NCBI GenBank assembly: GCA_047601445.1
Contig: JASGJH010000001.1
Location: forward strand, 896,001 to 960,000
From: Myxococcales bacterium
GTDB lineage: Bacteria; Myxococcota_A; Polyangia; Polyangiales; DASUME01
DNA length: 64,000 bases
Direction: 5' to 3'
Under the pieces are notes generated by a model that saw only the letters and a list, made by a program, of their open reading frames with translations, did not search any database and was not told the origin of the DNA. This document shows, piece by piece, positions 50,764 to 59,968 of this stretch (the first letter of the stretch is position 1; the number at the start of each line of letters is the position of its first letter). A program made the position numbers and the translations under genes.

Positions 50764-50784
50764 CGGATTTCTCAATGAAATCCG
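50764..50784. promoter_or_regulatory. Palindromic operator candidate upstream of the Zorya-like operon
   Basis: CGGATTTC-TCAAT-GAAATCCG, a perfect 8-5-8 inverted repeat about 63-83 nt upstream of ATG 50701. Confidence 0.4.
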
Positions 50785-50863
50785 CCCAAGAGACCCCTGA
50801 TTCAGCCCGGAATTGCCCGCCGATCGTCGCCTGAGGCGATCGCTTTTCGGGCCCGAACCGAGC

Positions 50864-52618
50864 TCAGTACGGGTCGTTCTTGAAGTCGTCGGTGAGCACG
50901 GCCGGGCTCCGCCCGGGCTTCGCCTGGCCGCCACGCTGGGCGCCCTCGGCGCGCCGTCGCGGTGCGCTCGGACCGCTCGCCGCGGAGGCCGTCTTGGGCA
51001 GGCTGGCGTCCACCACGAGCTTCTCGCCCTTGATGCTGCGCACGAGCGTGACCTTGTCGAAGCCGTCCTTCTCGAGCGTGAACGTCACCTCACGACCCGG
51101 CTCTGCCAGCTCGCCCCACCACTCGATGTTCGCGGGGGTCTCACCGTAGGCCTTGCCGTCGGCCGTGATCTTCGCGCCCGGCGGCGTGGAGTTGATGGTG
51201 ACGATGGTATGGAACTGCGACGGAGCCTCGGCGGGCACGGGGGCCGCCGGTCTTTGCTCCACAGGCTGCGAGGGTGCCGCCGCGTTGGCCACCGCCAGGT
51301 CTTGCGCAGGAGCCGTCGCGGCTGGCGGGTCGACACTGGTTCCAGGGGTCTGCGTGCTGGCGCCGCGTTCGCTGAAGCGCAGCGCCAGAAAGCCGCCCGC
51401 GATGGCGAGCGCTCCGATGACGGCCACCTTGGGCAACCAGCCTGCTTGTCCCTGCTCGACGGGAGCGGGCGCAGAAGAGGCCCCGGAAGTGGTGGCAGCG
51501 GCCTGGCCCCAGCTCGCCGAGAATCCTTGCGAGGGGGTCATGGTCTGCGCCGGCGCGCCCGGCGGAAACGCCGGCCCAACCCGGTTGACCATGGTCTGCC
51601 CGCTCAGCGTTTGTCCGCTCAGGGTCTGGCCCGAGAGCGTGTGGCCGCTGATGGTGTGGTGCGAGAGCGCGCCCGTGGGCGTGCCCGAGAGTCGGATCTC
51701 CTGCGAGAGCTGGTACTGGCCGCTGAGCATGGGGCCGCCGCCCATGGCCTGCTTGAGCAGCACGATCATCTCGTCCATCGAGGCAGGGCGGTTGTCCGGC
51801 TGTTTAGCCAGGCAGCGCTGCACCAACTCGATCAGGGCGGGTGGCACCCCGGGCTGATCGATGGGCGGCACCATCTCGTGCATGTGCGCCATCAACAGCT
51901 TCACCGTGTTCTCGCGTTCGAAGGGGGCCTTCCCCGTGAGCATCTCGTACATCACGACGCCGAGGGCGTAGATGTCGCTGCGAGGGTCCACGCGTTCGCC
52001 GCGGATTTGCTCCGGCGACATGTATTTGGGCGAGCCCATGAAGAGCCCCGCCTGGGTAAGCTCCTGCTCGGCCTCGCTCTCGACGTGCTTCACCAGGCCG
52101 AAGTCGAGCACCTTCACGAAGTCGTCCTCGTCGCCGTGGCGCGTGAGCAGCACGTTGCCGGGCTTGAGGTCGCGGTGGATCACGTCCAGCCGGTGGGCTT
52201 CTCGCAGCGAGCGCGCGATCTGCAGTGCGATGTGCACCACGCGGGCGGCCGGCAGCGGAGCTTCCTCCCGGATCACGCTGAAGAGGGAACGACCCTCCAC
52301 GAGCTCCATGGCGATGAAGTACACGCCCTCGGCAGTCCGACCGTAGTCGAACACGGTCACCGTGTTCGGGTGCTGGAGCTTCGAGGCCACCGAGGCCTCG
52401 AGAAAGAAGCGCTGCTGGAAGGAGGGATCTTGATCCCCACCGGCCTGCCGCGGGTCCAGCGTCTTGACCGCCACCAAGCGGCCCAGGGGTACCTGCTCGG
52501 CGCGGTACACGCGCCCCATGCCACCACGGGCAATGACCCCAAGAATGCGGAACCGATCGTTGACGACCTTGCCGATCAGTTCGTCAGGCTGATTGTGCTT
52601 CGGGGCGTGGTTGCTCAT
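50864..52618 (-). CDS. Membrane-anchored Hanks-type Ser/Thr protein kinase with PEGA-like domain
   Basis: ARGGMGRVY, VAVK, IHRDLKPGN, KVLDFGL, GSPKYMSPE; TM; INSTPPGAKI...YGETP. Confidence 0.95.
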   Translation of the reverse strand: MSNHAPKHNQPDELIGKVVNDRFRILGVIARGGMGRVYRAEQVPLGRLVAVKTLDPRQAGGDQDPSFQQRFFLEASVASKLQHPNTVTVFDYGRTAEGVYFIAMELVEGRSLFSVIREEAPLPAARVVHIALQIARSLREAHRLDVIHRDLKPGNVLLTRHGDEDDFVKVLDFGLVKHVESEAEQELTQAGLFMGSPKYMSPEQIRGERVDPRSDIYALGVVMYEMLTGKAPFERENTVKLLMAHMHEMVPPIDQPGVPPALIELVQRCLAKQPDNRPASMDEMIVLLKQAMGGGPMLSGQYQLSQEIRLSGTPTGALSHHTISGHTLSGQTLSGQTLSGQTMVNRVGPAFPPGAPAQTMTPSQGFSASWGQAAATTSGASSAPAPVEQGQAGWLPKVAVIGALAIAGGFLALRFSERGASTQTPGTSVDPPAATAPAQDLAVANAAAPSQPVEQRPAAPVPAEAPSQFHTIVTINSTPPGAKITADGKAYGETPANIEWWGELAEPGREVTFTLEKDGFDKVTLVRSIKGEKLVVDASLPKTASAASGPSAPRRRAEGAQRGGQAKPGRSPAVLTDDFKNDPY

Positions 52619-52805
52619 AGGGCAATGACAGACGGCTGGGGATCGCCCCCAGATCCGCCGTAGGACGAATTCTCGCTACCCCTCGCCGGGGGCGCAAGCA
52701 ATTTAGGGGGCTGCACGACAATGGGGGCGTGTACGACGCCACGCACCATAGCGCAGAGTTGGGTACAACACATGAATTGTTGCGTGCCCAAGCGAGGGAA
52801 ATCAC

Positions 52806-55466
52806 TCAAACGTTGCGTCCGGCCGCGCGCAACGCCTTCGAAACCTGCTCGTACAAGTCGCGCGAGAGCTTGCCTGCGTCGAGCATTTGCGTGAGTTCTG
52901 CAACCATCAGCTCGCGCCGCTTGGGCTCGAAGCGCGCGAAGCGAGTGAGCGGCGCGACCATGCGCGCGGCGACCTGCGGATTGAACGGGTCGATCTGTAA
53001 GACGCGTTCGCGTAGGAATCGATAGCCGGCGCCGCTCGGATCGTGGAAGCGGTAGGGGTTGGCGGTCGCGAAACCATCGATCAGGGAGCGCGCCCGATTC
53101 GGATTCTCGAGGGAGAAGGCTGGGTGCGCCAGCAGCTGGGGCAGCTCTTCGTGTAGCAGCGCCGCGCGCTGTGAGGTCGACTGCAAGAAGAACCATTTGT
53201 CGACCACCAGTGCCTCGTGCTGGAAGCGCTGGTAGAAGCGCTCGAGCACGGTACGGCGACCGTCCGTCTCGAGGTGCACCACGCAGCCGAGCGCGGCCAC
53301 CATGTCCGTCATGTTGGTGGCGGCGTCGAACTGAGCCACCGGCAAGCTACCGTCGCGCATCTCGGAGGCTGCGAACAGATAGCGCAGGCACAGGTTGCGC
53401 AGGCTGCGCGCGCCCATCGCGGCGGGAGTGAGGCTGAAGGGGCCACGATCGGCGAGCGCCTGGTAGCGCGCGAGGAAGAGCTCGCGGTGGGCCATGCCGA
53501 GCGTGCGTTCCACGTAGGCGCGGGCATCGTGCACCAGGCCCGGATCCACGCTGTCGAGGCGATCGGCGAGCACGCCCTCGGCCGGTAGGGCCAGAGCCTG
53601 CGCGAGCAGCTGAGGGTCAGCCTGGCTGCTGAGGGCTCTCCCGAAGGCGGCCACGAACGGCTCGTCGAGGCTCGGAGCGCGACCTGCGGCCAGCGCCTCC
53701 AAGACGGCAGCGATGCGTCGGTGGGCCAGGGCCTGGGCCGCATCCCAGCGGCAGAACGCGTCGCTGTCGTGGGCCATGCGCAGCAGCAGATCGTCGTCGC
53801 TGCTCTCGTCTTCGAGCCGGACCGGCGCCGAGAAGCCTCGTAGCAGGGAAGGGGTGGGTTGCGCTGGCACGTCCGTGAACACGACTTCGGTGCTCGCCTC
53901 GCGGAGCTGCACGAGGCGCGTGGTCGCGGGAGCAGCCTGGTCGCCGCGGATCTTGAGGGGCAGGTCCTTGCCGTCGGGTCCGAGCAAGCCCATCACGATG
54001 GGGATCTGCAGGGCGTGCTTGGTGTCCTGGCCGGGCGTCGGCGCATGGCGCTGACTCAGCTCCAAGCGGTATTCCTTGCGCAGCCCATCGTACTGCCCGC
54101 GCGCGCTCACCGTGGGCGTCCCTGCCTGGCTGTACCAGCGACGAAACTGGCTCAGGTCCTCGGCGCTGGCGTCCTCCAGTGCGTTCACGAAGTCGTCGCA
54201 AGTGGCTGCCTGTCCATCGTGTCGCTCGAAGTACAGGTCCGTGCCCTTGCGGAACTTCTCGGGCCCCAGCAGGGTCTTCAGCATGCGCACGACCTCGGCG
54301 CCCTTCTCGTACACGGTCGGCGTGTAGAAGTTGTTGATCTCCACGTAGGAGTCCGGCCGAATCGGGTGCGCAGTGGGACCGGCGTCCTCGGGAAACTGCG
54401 TGGCGAACAGGCGCTGCACGTCCTGGATGCGCTTGAGCGCCCGCGACCCCACGTCGCTCGAGAACTCCTGGTCCCTGAACACGGTGAAGCCTTCTTTCAG
54501 GCTCAGCTGGAACCAATCTCGGCAGGTCACGCGATTGCCGCTCCAGTTGTGGAAGTACTCGTGTGCCACCACGGCTTCTACGTTGGAGAAATCGAGGTCG
54601 GTCGCGGTGTCGGGGCGCGCCAGCACGTACTTCGTGTTGAACACGTTGAGCCCCTTGTTCTCCATGGCGCCCATGTTGAAGTCGCGCACCGCCACGATCA
54701 TGTAGATGTCCAGATCGTACTCGCGCCCGAACACCTCCTCGTCCCACTTCATGGCGCGCTTGAGCGAGGCCATGCAGTGCTCCGTTTGGTCGAGGTGCTC
54801 TTCGGCCACGAAGACCTTGAGCGTGACCACGCGGCCCGAGCGCGTCGTGAAGTGGTCGGTGCGTGCCACCAGGTTGCCCGCCACCAGCGCGAACAAGTAA
54901 CAAGGCTTGGGAAAGGGGTCCTCCCACAGTGCGAAGTGACGTCCACCGGCGAGTTCGCCGGACTCGACCAGGTTGCCGTTGGACAAGAGCTGCGGGTAGC
55001 GCCGCTTGTCGGCCTCGATGCGCGTCGTGTAGCGCGCCATCACGTCCGGACGATCCAGGAACCACGTGATGCGACGAAAACCCTCCGCCTCGCACTGCGT
55101 GCAGAAGTTCCCGCCCGACACGTAGAGACCTTCGAGCGCCTTGTTGCGCACCGGCGACAACTTGCCGGCGATCTCCAACGTGAAGCGCGCAGGAACGCTG
55201 GGAAGCGTCAGGGTCTCGGCGGCCAGCGTGTAGTCCCCCGGCGCGAGGAGCCTGCCGTCGATGGAGACGGAGACGAGCGTCATGTCCTGGCCGTCGAGCA
55301 CCAGCGGGGCATCGGCCGTGGCGCCCGGCGTGCGTACGACCGAACTCTTGGCCCTGACCACCGTGCTCTCTTCGTCGAGCTCGAACACCAGGTCGACGCG
55401 CTCGATGGTGTAAGGAGAGGGGCGGTAATCCTCGCGGTGAATGACGACGGGCGTGCTGTCCTTCAT
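52806..55466 (-). CDS. pepN: Aminopeptidase N
   Basis: TQCEAEGFRRIT, GAMENKGLN, HEYFHNWSGNRVT and NPNRARSL motifs. Confidence 0.97.
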   Translation of the reverse strand: MKDSTPVVIHREDYRPSPYTIERVDLVFELDEESTVVRAKSSVVRTPGATADAPLVLDGQDMTLVSVSIDGRLLAPGDYTLAAETLTLPSVPARFTLEIAGKLSPVRNKALEGLYVSGGNFCTQCEAEGFRRITWFLDRPDVMARYTTRIEADKRRYPQLLSNGNLVESGELAGGRHFALWEDPFPKPCYLFALVAGNLVARTDHFTTRSGRVVTLKVFVAEEHLDQTEHCMASLKRAMKWDEEVFGREYDLDIYMIVAVRDFNMGAMENKGLNVFNTKYVLARPDTATDLDFSNVEAVVAHEYFHNWSGNRVTCRDWFQLSLKEGFTVFRDQEFSSDVGSRALKRIQDVQRLFATQFPEDAGPTAHPIRPDSYVEINNFYTPTVYEKGAEVVRMLKTLLGPEKFRKGTDLYFERHDGQAATCDDFVNALEDASAEDLSQFRRWYSQAGTPTVSARGQYDGLRKEYRLELSQRHAPTPGQDTKHALQIPIVMGLLGPDGKDLPLKIRGDQAAPATTRLVQLREASTEVVFTDVPAQPTPSLLRGFSAPVRLEDESSDDDLLLRMAHDSDAFCRWDAAQALAHRRIAAVLEALAAGRAPSLDEPFVAAFGRALSSQADPQLLAQALALPAEGVLADRLDSVDPGLVHDARAYVERTLGMAHRELFLARYQALADRGPFSLTPAAMGARSLRNLCLRYLFAASEMRDGSLPVAQFDAATNMTDMVAALGCVVHLETDGRRTVLERFYQRFQHEALVVDKWFFLQSTSQRAALLHEELPQLLAHPAFSLENPNRARSLIDGFATANPYRFHDPSGAGYRFLRERVLQIDPFNPQVAARMVAPLTRFARFEPKRRELMVAELTQMLDAGKLSRDLYEQVSKALRAAGRNV

Positions 55467-55519
55467 GTTCCAAGTATCGCGCCGTTCGCGCGCGAACACA
55501 CGGACTTAGCGGTGGTGCC

Positions 55520-56230
55520 TCAAACGATTGGGCGGCGCTTTGGCTCGCCGGGTAGCCGCGGGTAGCGCGCGGGGGTGTGCGCGTGCTTTCGGATGCAGAC
55601 GACGGTCCCCGTACTGGTGCGTCTCGCGGATTCGAAGCGGCCTCCGAGGACGCCGAGCGCGCGCTGCGCCTCCTGCACTTCCTGCTCGGCCTGCTCTCCC
55701 TTGATCGCCAGCTTCACTCCGCCCACGCGGACGAGCGGCAACGAGAGCTCGAGCAACACGGGCAATCTCGACAGGGCGCGCGAGGTGGCTGCGTCGAAGC
55801 GCTCGCGCTCGGGGCCCTGTCCGAAGGTTTCGGCCCGCTCGCTCACCACGCGTAGGTTCGCGAGGCCCAGCGTGGCCGCCGTCTGCTCCAAAAAGCGCGC
55901 CTTCTTGCCGGTGGACTCCACGAGTGTGAACGACAGGGAGGGCAGGGCGAGCGCCAGCGGAATGGCGGGCAGTCCGCCGCCGGAACCGAGATCCACCACG
56001 CGCGCCCCTGCGGGCAAGGCCGACAGATCGCCAAACAAGCTGAGGCTGTCACCGACGTGCTTGACCCAGGCTTCACCGACGCTGGTGATGGCGGTGAGAT
56101 TGAAGGCCTGGTTGGCGGCCAGCAACAGCTCCAGATAGCTCGCCAGGCGCACTCCGAGCGGACCTCCGAGATCCACGCCGAACTTCGCGACTTCCTCGAT
56201 CACCGACGCGGGCACGCTCGCTGCAGACAT
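55520..56230 (-). CDS. rsmG: 16S rRNA m7G527 methyltransferase
   Basis: NLTAIT, KHVGDSL, DLGSGGGLP, ESTGKKARFL, SRA and TPARYPR.PG motifs. Confidence 0.93.
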   Translation of the reverse strand: MSAASVPASVIEEVAKFGVDLGGPLGVRLASYLELLLAANQAFNLTAITSVGEAWVKHVGDSLSLFGDLSALPAGARVVDLGSGGGLPAIPLALALPSLSFTLVESTGKKARFLEQTAATLGLANLRVVSERAETFGQGPERERFDAATSRALSRLPVLLELSLPLVRVGGVKLAIKGEQAEQEVQEAQRALGVLGGRFESARRTSTGTVVCIRKHAHTPARYPRLPGEPKRRPIV

Positions 56231-56270
56231 CTTCTGTCGCCGGCTCTACCACGCGGTCCGTGCGCGCGCC

Positions 56271-56522
56271 TCACGCGGGCTCGGAATCGTCGCTCTCCAA
56301 GGAATCGAGCGTGCTGTCATCGCAGATGGGGCACTTGGGCAGGGCGGTCCCCACGTACTTCAGTCCGCAGTGCTCGCAGCAATGCCAATAGAGCGGCTTG
56401 CCGCAGTGGGCGCAGGGCACCACGCGGCTCTCATCGGTGTCCGCCATCGGCAGCTCGGTGCTCCAGGTGCAGCTCGAGCAGTACAACGTAATGACTTCGC
56501 CCTTGCGACGCTTCACCTGCAA
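56271..56522 (-). CDS. Small Cys-rich zinc-ribbon protein
   Basis: 83 aa with four CxxC motifs (CSSC, CAHC, CEHC, CPIC) and an acidic tail. Confidence 0.7.
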   Translation of the reverse strand: MQVKRRKGEVITLYCSSCTWSTELPMADTDESRVVPCAHCGKPLYWHCCEHCGLKYVGTALPKCPICDDSTLDSLESDDSEPA

Positions 56523-56554
56523 AGCCTACTACCCCAGGTCCGAAAGCGACGGTT

Positions 56555-56680
56555 TCAGCGCGCCCGCTCCGCGCGATCGTCGCGGCTCACCACCCAGGCA
56601 AACGTCACCACGGTGACGCCCCCCAGCGCCATCCATGCCCCCGTCGCAGTTGCGACGCCCCACCAGAAATCTGGGCTCAT
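56555..56680 (-). CDS. Putative 41-aa single-TM small protein (not in ORF track)
   Basis: MSPDFWWGVATATGAWMALGGVTVVTFAWVVSRDDRAERAR; purine-rich GGGGGAAGCGG upstream of the ATG. Confidence 0.5.
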   Translation of the reverse strand: MSPDFWWGVATATGAWMALGGVTVVTFAWVVSRDDRAERAR

Positions 56681-56839
56681 ATTCCGCTTCCCCCCAATGT
56701 GTTCGTTACAATCGGGGCGCGGCAGCGTCAAGATTTGATGCCGCGAATTCGCGCCCGCCGGGGCCCCGCATCAAGTGCGGTTTTTGCGGTCAAAATGCCC
56801 TGCTTGGAATCGCGTGGGAGCGTAACCGGAAGAGACTCG

Positions 56840-58144
56840 ATGGACTGGTCACAACTGCTTTCAGCGAGACGGCTCCGCCGTGTCTCCGCGTCCGGCGAGG
56901 AAGAGGCCGCGCGCGCCCGTACGCGCAGCCCATTCCAGCAGGACGCGGACCTCATCGTGTTCAGCGCGGCATTCCGACGTTTGCAGGACAAGACCCAGGT
57001 GCAGCCCTTGAGCGAGACGGGCCGGGTGCGAACGCGGCTCACGCACAGCATCGAAGTGGCCTCGGTGGGACGCTCACTCGGCTCGTCGGTGGCCAGCGTT
57101 CTGGCAGATCGCAGGGGCCTCAATTGGGAACAAGTGCACGCCATGGCCAGCGCGGTCCACGCGGCATGCCTGGCCCACGATATTGGCAATCCGCCGTTCG
57201 GGCATGGCGGCGAGGACGCGATCCAGGGCTGGTTTCTGGCCCATCCGGCGGTTCTCGCCGGGCTCTCGGAGGCCGAGGCGGCGGGGCTCCTGGCCTTCGA
57301 CGGCAACGCCCAAGGGTTCCGCATTCTCACCGCGCTCGAGAACTACCGCTTCGACGGCGGCCTCCGCCTCACCGAGGCGACGCTCGGCGCCTTCATGAAA
57401 TACCGCGTGGGCCCGCTGGAGCGGGAGCCTGGGAGCAGCACCCTGGCCCTTCGAAAGGCTGGCTTCTTCGAGTCGGAACGCGCCTATGCCGAGGAGCTTG
57501 CCGGGGGCCTGGGGTTGCCCGCAGGCCGCCGCCATCCACTGGTGTATCTCACCGAGGCAGCCGACGACATTTGCTACGCCATCGTGGATCTGGAAGACGG
57601 CTTCGACGCGGGTCTGCTGGAGCACGCCGCGGCGCTGGAGGTGCTCTCCGAGCTGGCCGACTGCCCGCCGCCGAGCCGGCTGGGGAGAGCCGAGCAGCTT
57701 CACAAGCTGCGTGCCCTGGCCATCGGCCGCATGGTGGACGCGGTGAGCGAGGTCTTCCTCGATGTGGAGCCCAATCTGCTCGCGGGGGAGTCCGTGGGGG
57801 AGCTCTGCCTGCTGACCAAGCTCGGGCCGGGGGTGTTGCGTGCCAAGGAGCTCGCCCGGGAACGCATCTTTTCGGCGCCGAGCGTGGTGGAGCGCTTACT
57901 CGGGGGCCAGCGCGTGCTGGCCACTTTGCTCGACAACCTGGTGCCTGTGGCGGAGGCCTTGCGCCAGGTCGGCTTCGAGCGTTCGGCATTGGCGGGCCGG
58001 GCACGCCTTGTGGCGCACCTCTTGGGGGAGCACTACGAGCCGCGTACGTCTTACGAGGCCCTGCTCGGCATCACTGATTTCCTGAGCGGTTTGACCGACC
58101 GAGCAGCCTTGGCCCTCGCACTGCGGATCACAGGCGAGGCCTGA
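56840..58144 (+). CDS. dgt: Deoxyguanosinetriphosphate triphosphohydrolase
   Basis: FRRLQDKTQV, RTRLTHSIEV, LAHDIGNPPFGHGGE, FDGNAQGFR and EAADDICY..DLEDG motifs. Confidence 0.93.
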   Translation: MDWSQLLSARRLRRVSASGEEEAARARTRSPFQQDADLIVFSAAFRRLQDKTQVQPLSETGRVRTRLTHSIEVASVGRSLGSSVASVLADRRGLNWEQVHAMASAVHAACLAHDIGNPPFGHGGEDAIQGWFLAHPAVLAGLSEAEAAGLLAFDGNAQGFRILTALENYRFDGGLRLTEATLGAFMKYRVGPLEREPGSSTLALRKAGFFESERAYAEELAGGLGLPAGRRHPLVYLTEAADDICYAIVDLEDGFDAGLLEHAAALEVLSELADCPPPSRLGRAEQLHKLRALAIGRMVDAVSEVFLDVEPNLLAGESVGELCLLTKLGPGVLRAKELARERIFSAPSVVERLLGGQRVLATLLDNLVPVAEALRQVGFERSALAGRARLVAHLLGEHYEPRTSYEALLGITDFLSGLTDRAALALALRITGEA

Positions 58145-58261
58145 GGCCCACCCGCGTCACCCCAAACGCTCGCTCACTCCTCGTAACGCGCGTTTAGCCC
58201 GTGCCCACTGCGCTCAAAAGCAGTATGAACCCCGGCGGTTTCAGCACCTGGAGCTAGGCGT

Positions 58262-59452
58262 ATGTTCGAGACACTTGAGATGGCCCCGCCCGACCCAATC
58301 CTCGGGCTCACGGATGCGTTCAAGAAGGACGCAAACCCCAACAAGATCAACCTCGGCGTGGGCGTCTTCCAGGACGAGAGCGGCAAGACCCCGACCCTCG
58401 AGTGCGTCAAGAAGGCCGAGGCCAAGCTGCTGGCCCAGGGCGCAGCCAAGACCTACCTGCCCATCGAAGGCAGCGCGGACTACGGCCGGGCCGTGCGCAC
58501 GCTCCTGTTCGGCGCCCAGTCCAGCCTCGTCAGCGACGGTCGCGCCGTCACCGCGCAGGCTCCCGGCGGCACCGGCGCCCTGCGTGTGGCGGGTGATCTG
58601 GCTCGGACCAAGCTCGGCATGAAGCGGGTGTTCGTCAGCGATCCCACCTGGGCCAACCACCAGGCCATCTTCCAGTCCGCGGGCATCGAGCCCCTCAACT
58701 ACGCTTACTACGACGCTGCCACGCGCGGTCTCGCCTTCGATAAGCTGCTCGCGTCGCTGTCCAAGGCCGGCCCCACCGACCTCGTGCTCCTGCACGCTTG
58801 CTGCCACAACCCCACGGGCGTGGACCCCACGCCCGTGCAGTGGCGGGAGATTGCGGCCCTGGCCAAGAAGCAGGGCTTCATGACCCTATTCGACTTCGCC
58901 TATCAGGGCTTCGGCGATGGCGTGGAAGAGGATGCGCTGCCAGTGCGGCTGTTCGCGGAGCAGGGCCTCGAGCTCATGATCTGCAGCTCCTTCTCCAAGA
59001 ACTTCGGCCTCTACAACGAGCGCGTGGGCGCCCTCACGCTGCTGGCCCCGAATAAGGACGCCGGCGACAAGGCCCTGAGCCAGCTCAAGGTCACGGTGCG
59101 CAGCAACTACTCGAACCCGCCGTTCCACGGCGGCGCCGTGGTGACCACGGTGCTGTCCGACCCGGAGCTTTCCGCGCTCTGGCTGCGCGAAGTGAATGGC
59201 ATGCGCGACCGCATCGCGGGCATGCGCCGGCTGTTTGTGGACACGCTCAAGCAGAAGGGCGTGAAGCAGGACTTCAGCTTCATCACGCACCAGAAGGGCA
59301 TGTTCTCCTTCGCCGGCATCAGCCCGGAGCAGGTGGACCGGCTCAAGAATGAGTTCGCCATCTACGCCGTGCGCTCGGGACGTATCAACGTTGCGGGCAT
59401 GAGCGAGTCCACCATGGATTGCCTGTGCTCGGCGGTCGCGGCGGTGCTCTGA
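58262..59452 (+). CDS. aspC: Aspartate / aromatic amino acid aminotransferase
   Basis: APPDPILGL, KINLGVGV, HACCHNPTG, DFAYQGF and SFSKNFGLYNERVG motifs. Confidence 0.93.
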   Translation: MFETLEMAPPDPILGLTDAFKKDANPNKINLGVGVFQDESGKTPTLECVKKAEAKLLAQGAAKTYLPIEGSADYGRAVRTLLFGAQSSLVSDGRAVTAQAPGGTGALRVAGDLARTKLGMKRVFVSDPTWANHQAIFQSAGIEPLNYAYYDAATRGLAFDKLLASLSKAGPTDLVLLHACCHNPTGVDPTPVQWREIAALAKKQGFMTLFDFAYQGFGDGVEEDALPVRLFAEQGLELMICSSFSKNFGLYNERVGALTLLAPNKDAGDKALSQLKVTVRSNYSNPPFHGGAVVTTVLSDPELSALWLREVNGMRDRIAGMRRLFVDTLKQKGVKQDFSFITHQKGMFSFAGISPEQVDRLKNEFAIYAVRSGRINVAGMSESTMDCLCSAVAAVL

Positions 59453-59694
59453 CCGCCGACGTGGACGCGCGGTTCTCAGAACCTGCGGCGCTTCTCGAAC
59501 TGCGGTGCCGTGAGTGAACGGCCCGCGGTGCTCCGAACCCGGAGTGCTTTGTGCCGAGGAATCCCCTCGGCTTGACCAAACCCTGGAGTCCTGTCAAACC
59601 TCTGCCCCCGACGCGCTACCCGCGCGGGAGCTAGTTTTGGGGGCTTCTTCGCCCCGATGCTTCACCTGACCAACGACTACGTAGAGGACGTCCC

Positions 59695-59856
59695 ATGCGC
59701 GACAAGATCCGCCTCATCTCCACCGCCGGCACCGGTTACGAGTACTACACCACCAAGAACAAGCGCACGATGCCGGAGAAGATGAAGATCAAGAAGTACG
59801 ATCCGCGCGCCAAGAAGCACGTGGAGTTCACTGAAGGCAAGATCTCCAAGGGCTGA
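59695..59856 (+). CDS. rpmG: 50S ribosomal protein L33, Cys-free form (not in ORF track)
   Basis: [61 protein letters not shown]. Confidence 0.97.
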   Translation: MRDKIRLISTAGTGYEYYTTKNKRTMPEKMKIKKYDPRAKKHVEFTEGKISKG

Positions 59857-59887
59857 AGCCCTCTGGATGTTTCGCTTCTTCTCCAGG

Positions 59888-59915
59888 GCCGCGGGGCGCA
59901 TGCTTCGCGGCTTTT
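59888..59915 (+). terminator. Rho-independent terminator of rpmG
   Basis: GCCGCGGGGC-GCAT-GCTTCGCGGC stem-loop followed by TTTT. Confidence 0.7.
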
Positions 59916-59968
59916 GGTGTTTCCGTCCGCGGCGAGAGCCCGCATTCCAGCGCCCTCCAGCGACCAGC

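Noticed and set aside
56840..58144. Anti-phage dGTPase
   Set aside because: It has ordinary Dgt motifs and a housekeeping neighbourhood (aspC, rsmG); nothing in the sequence supports a defence role.
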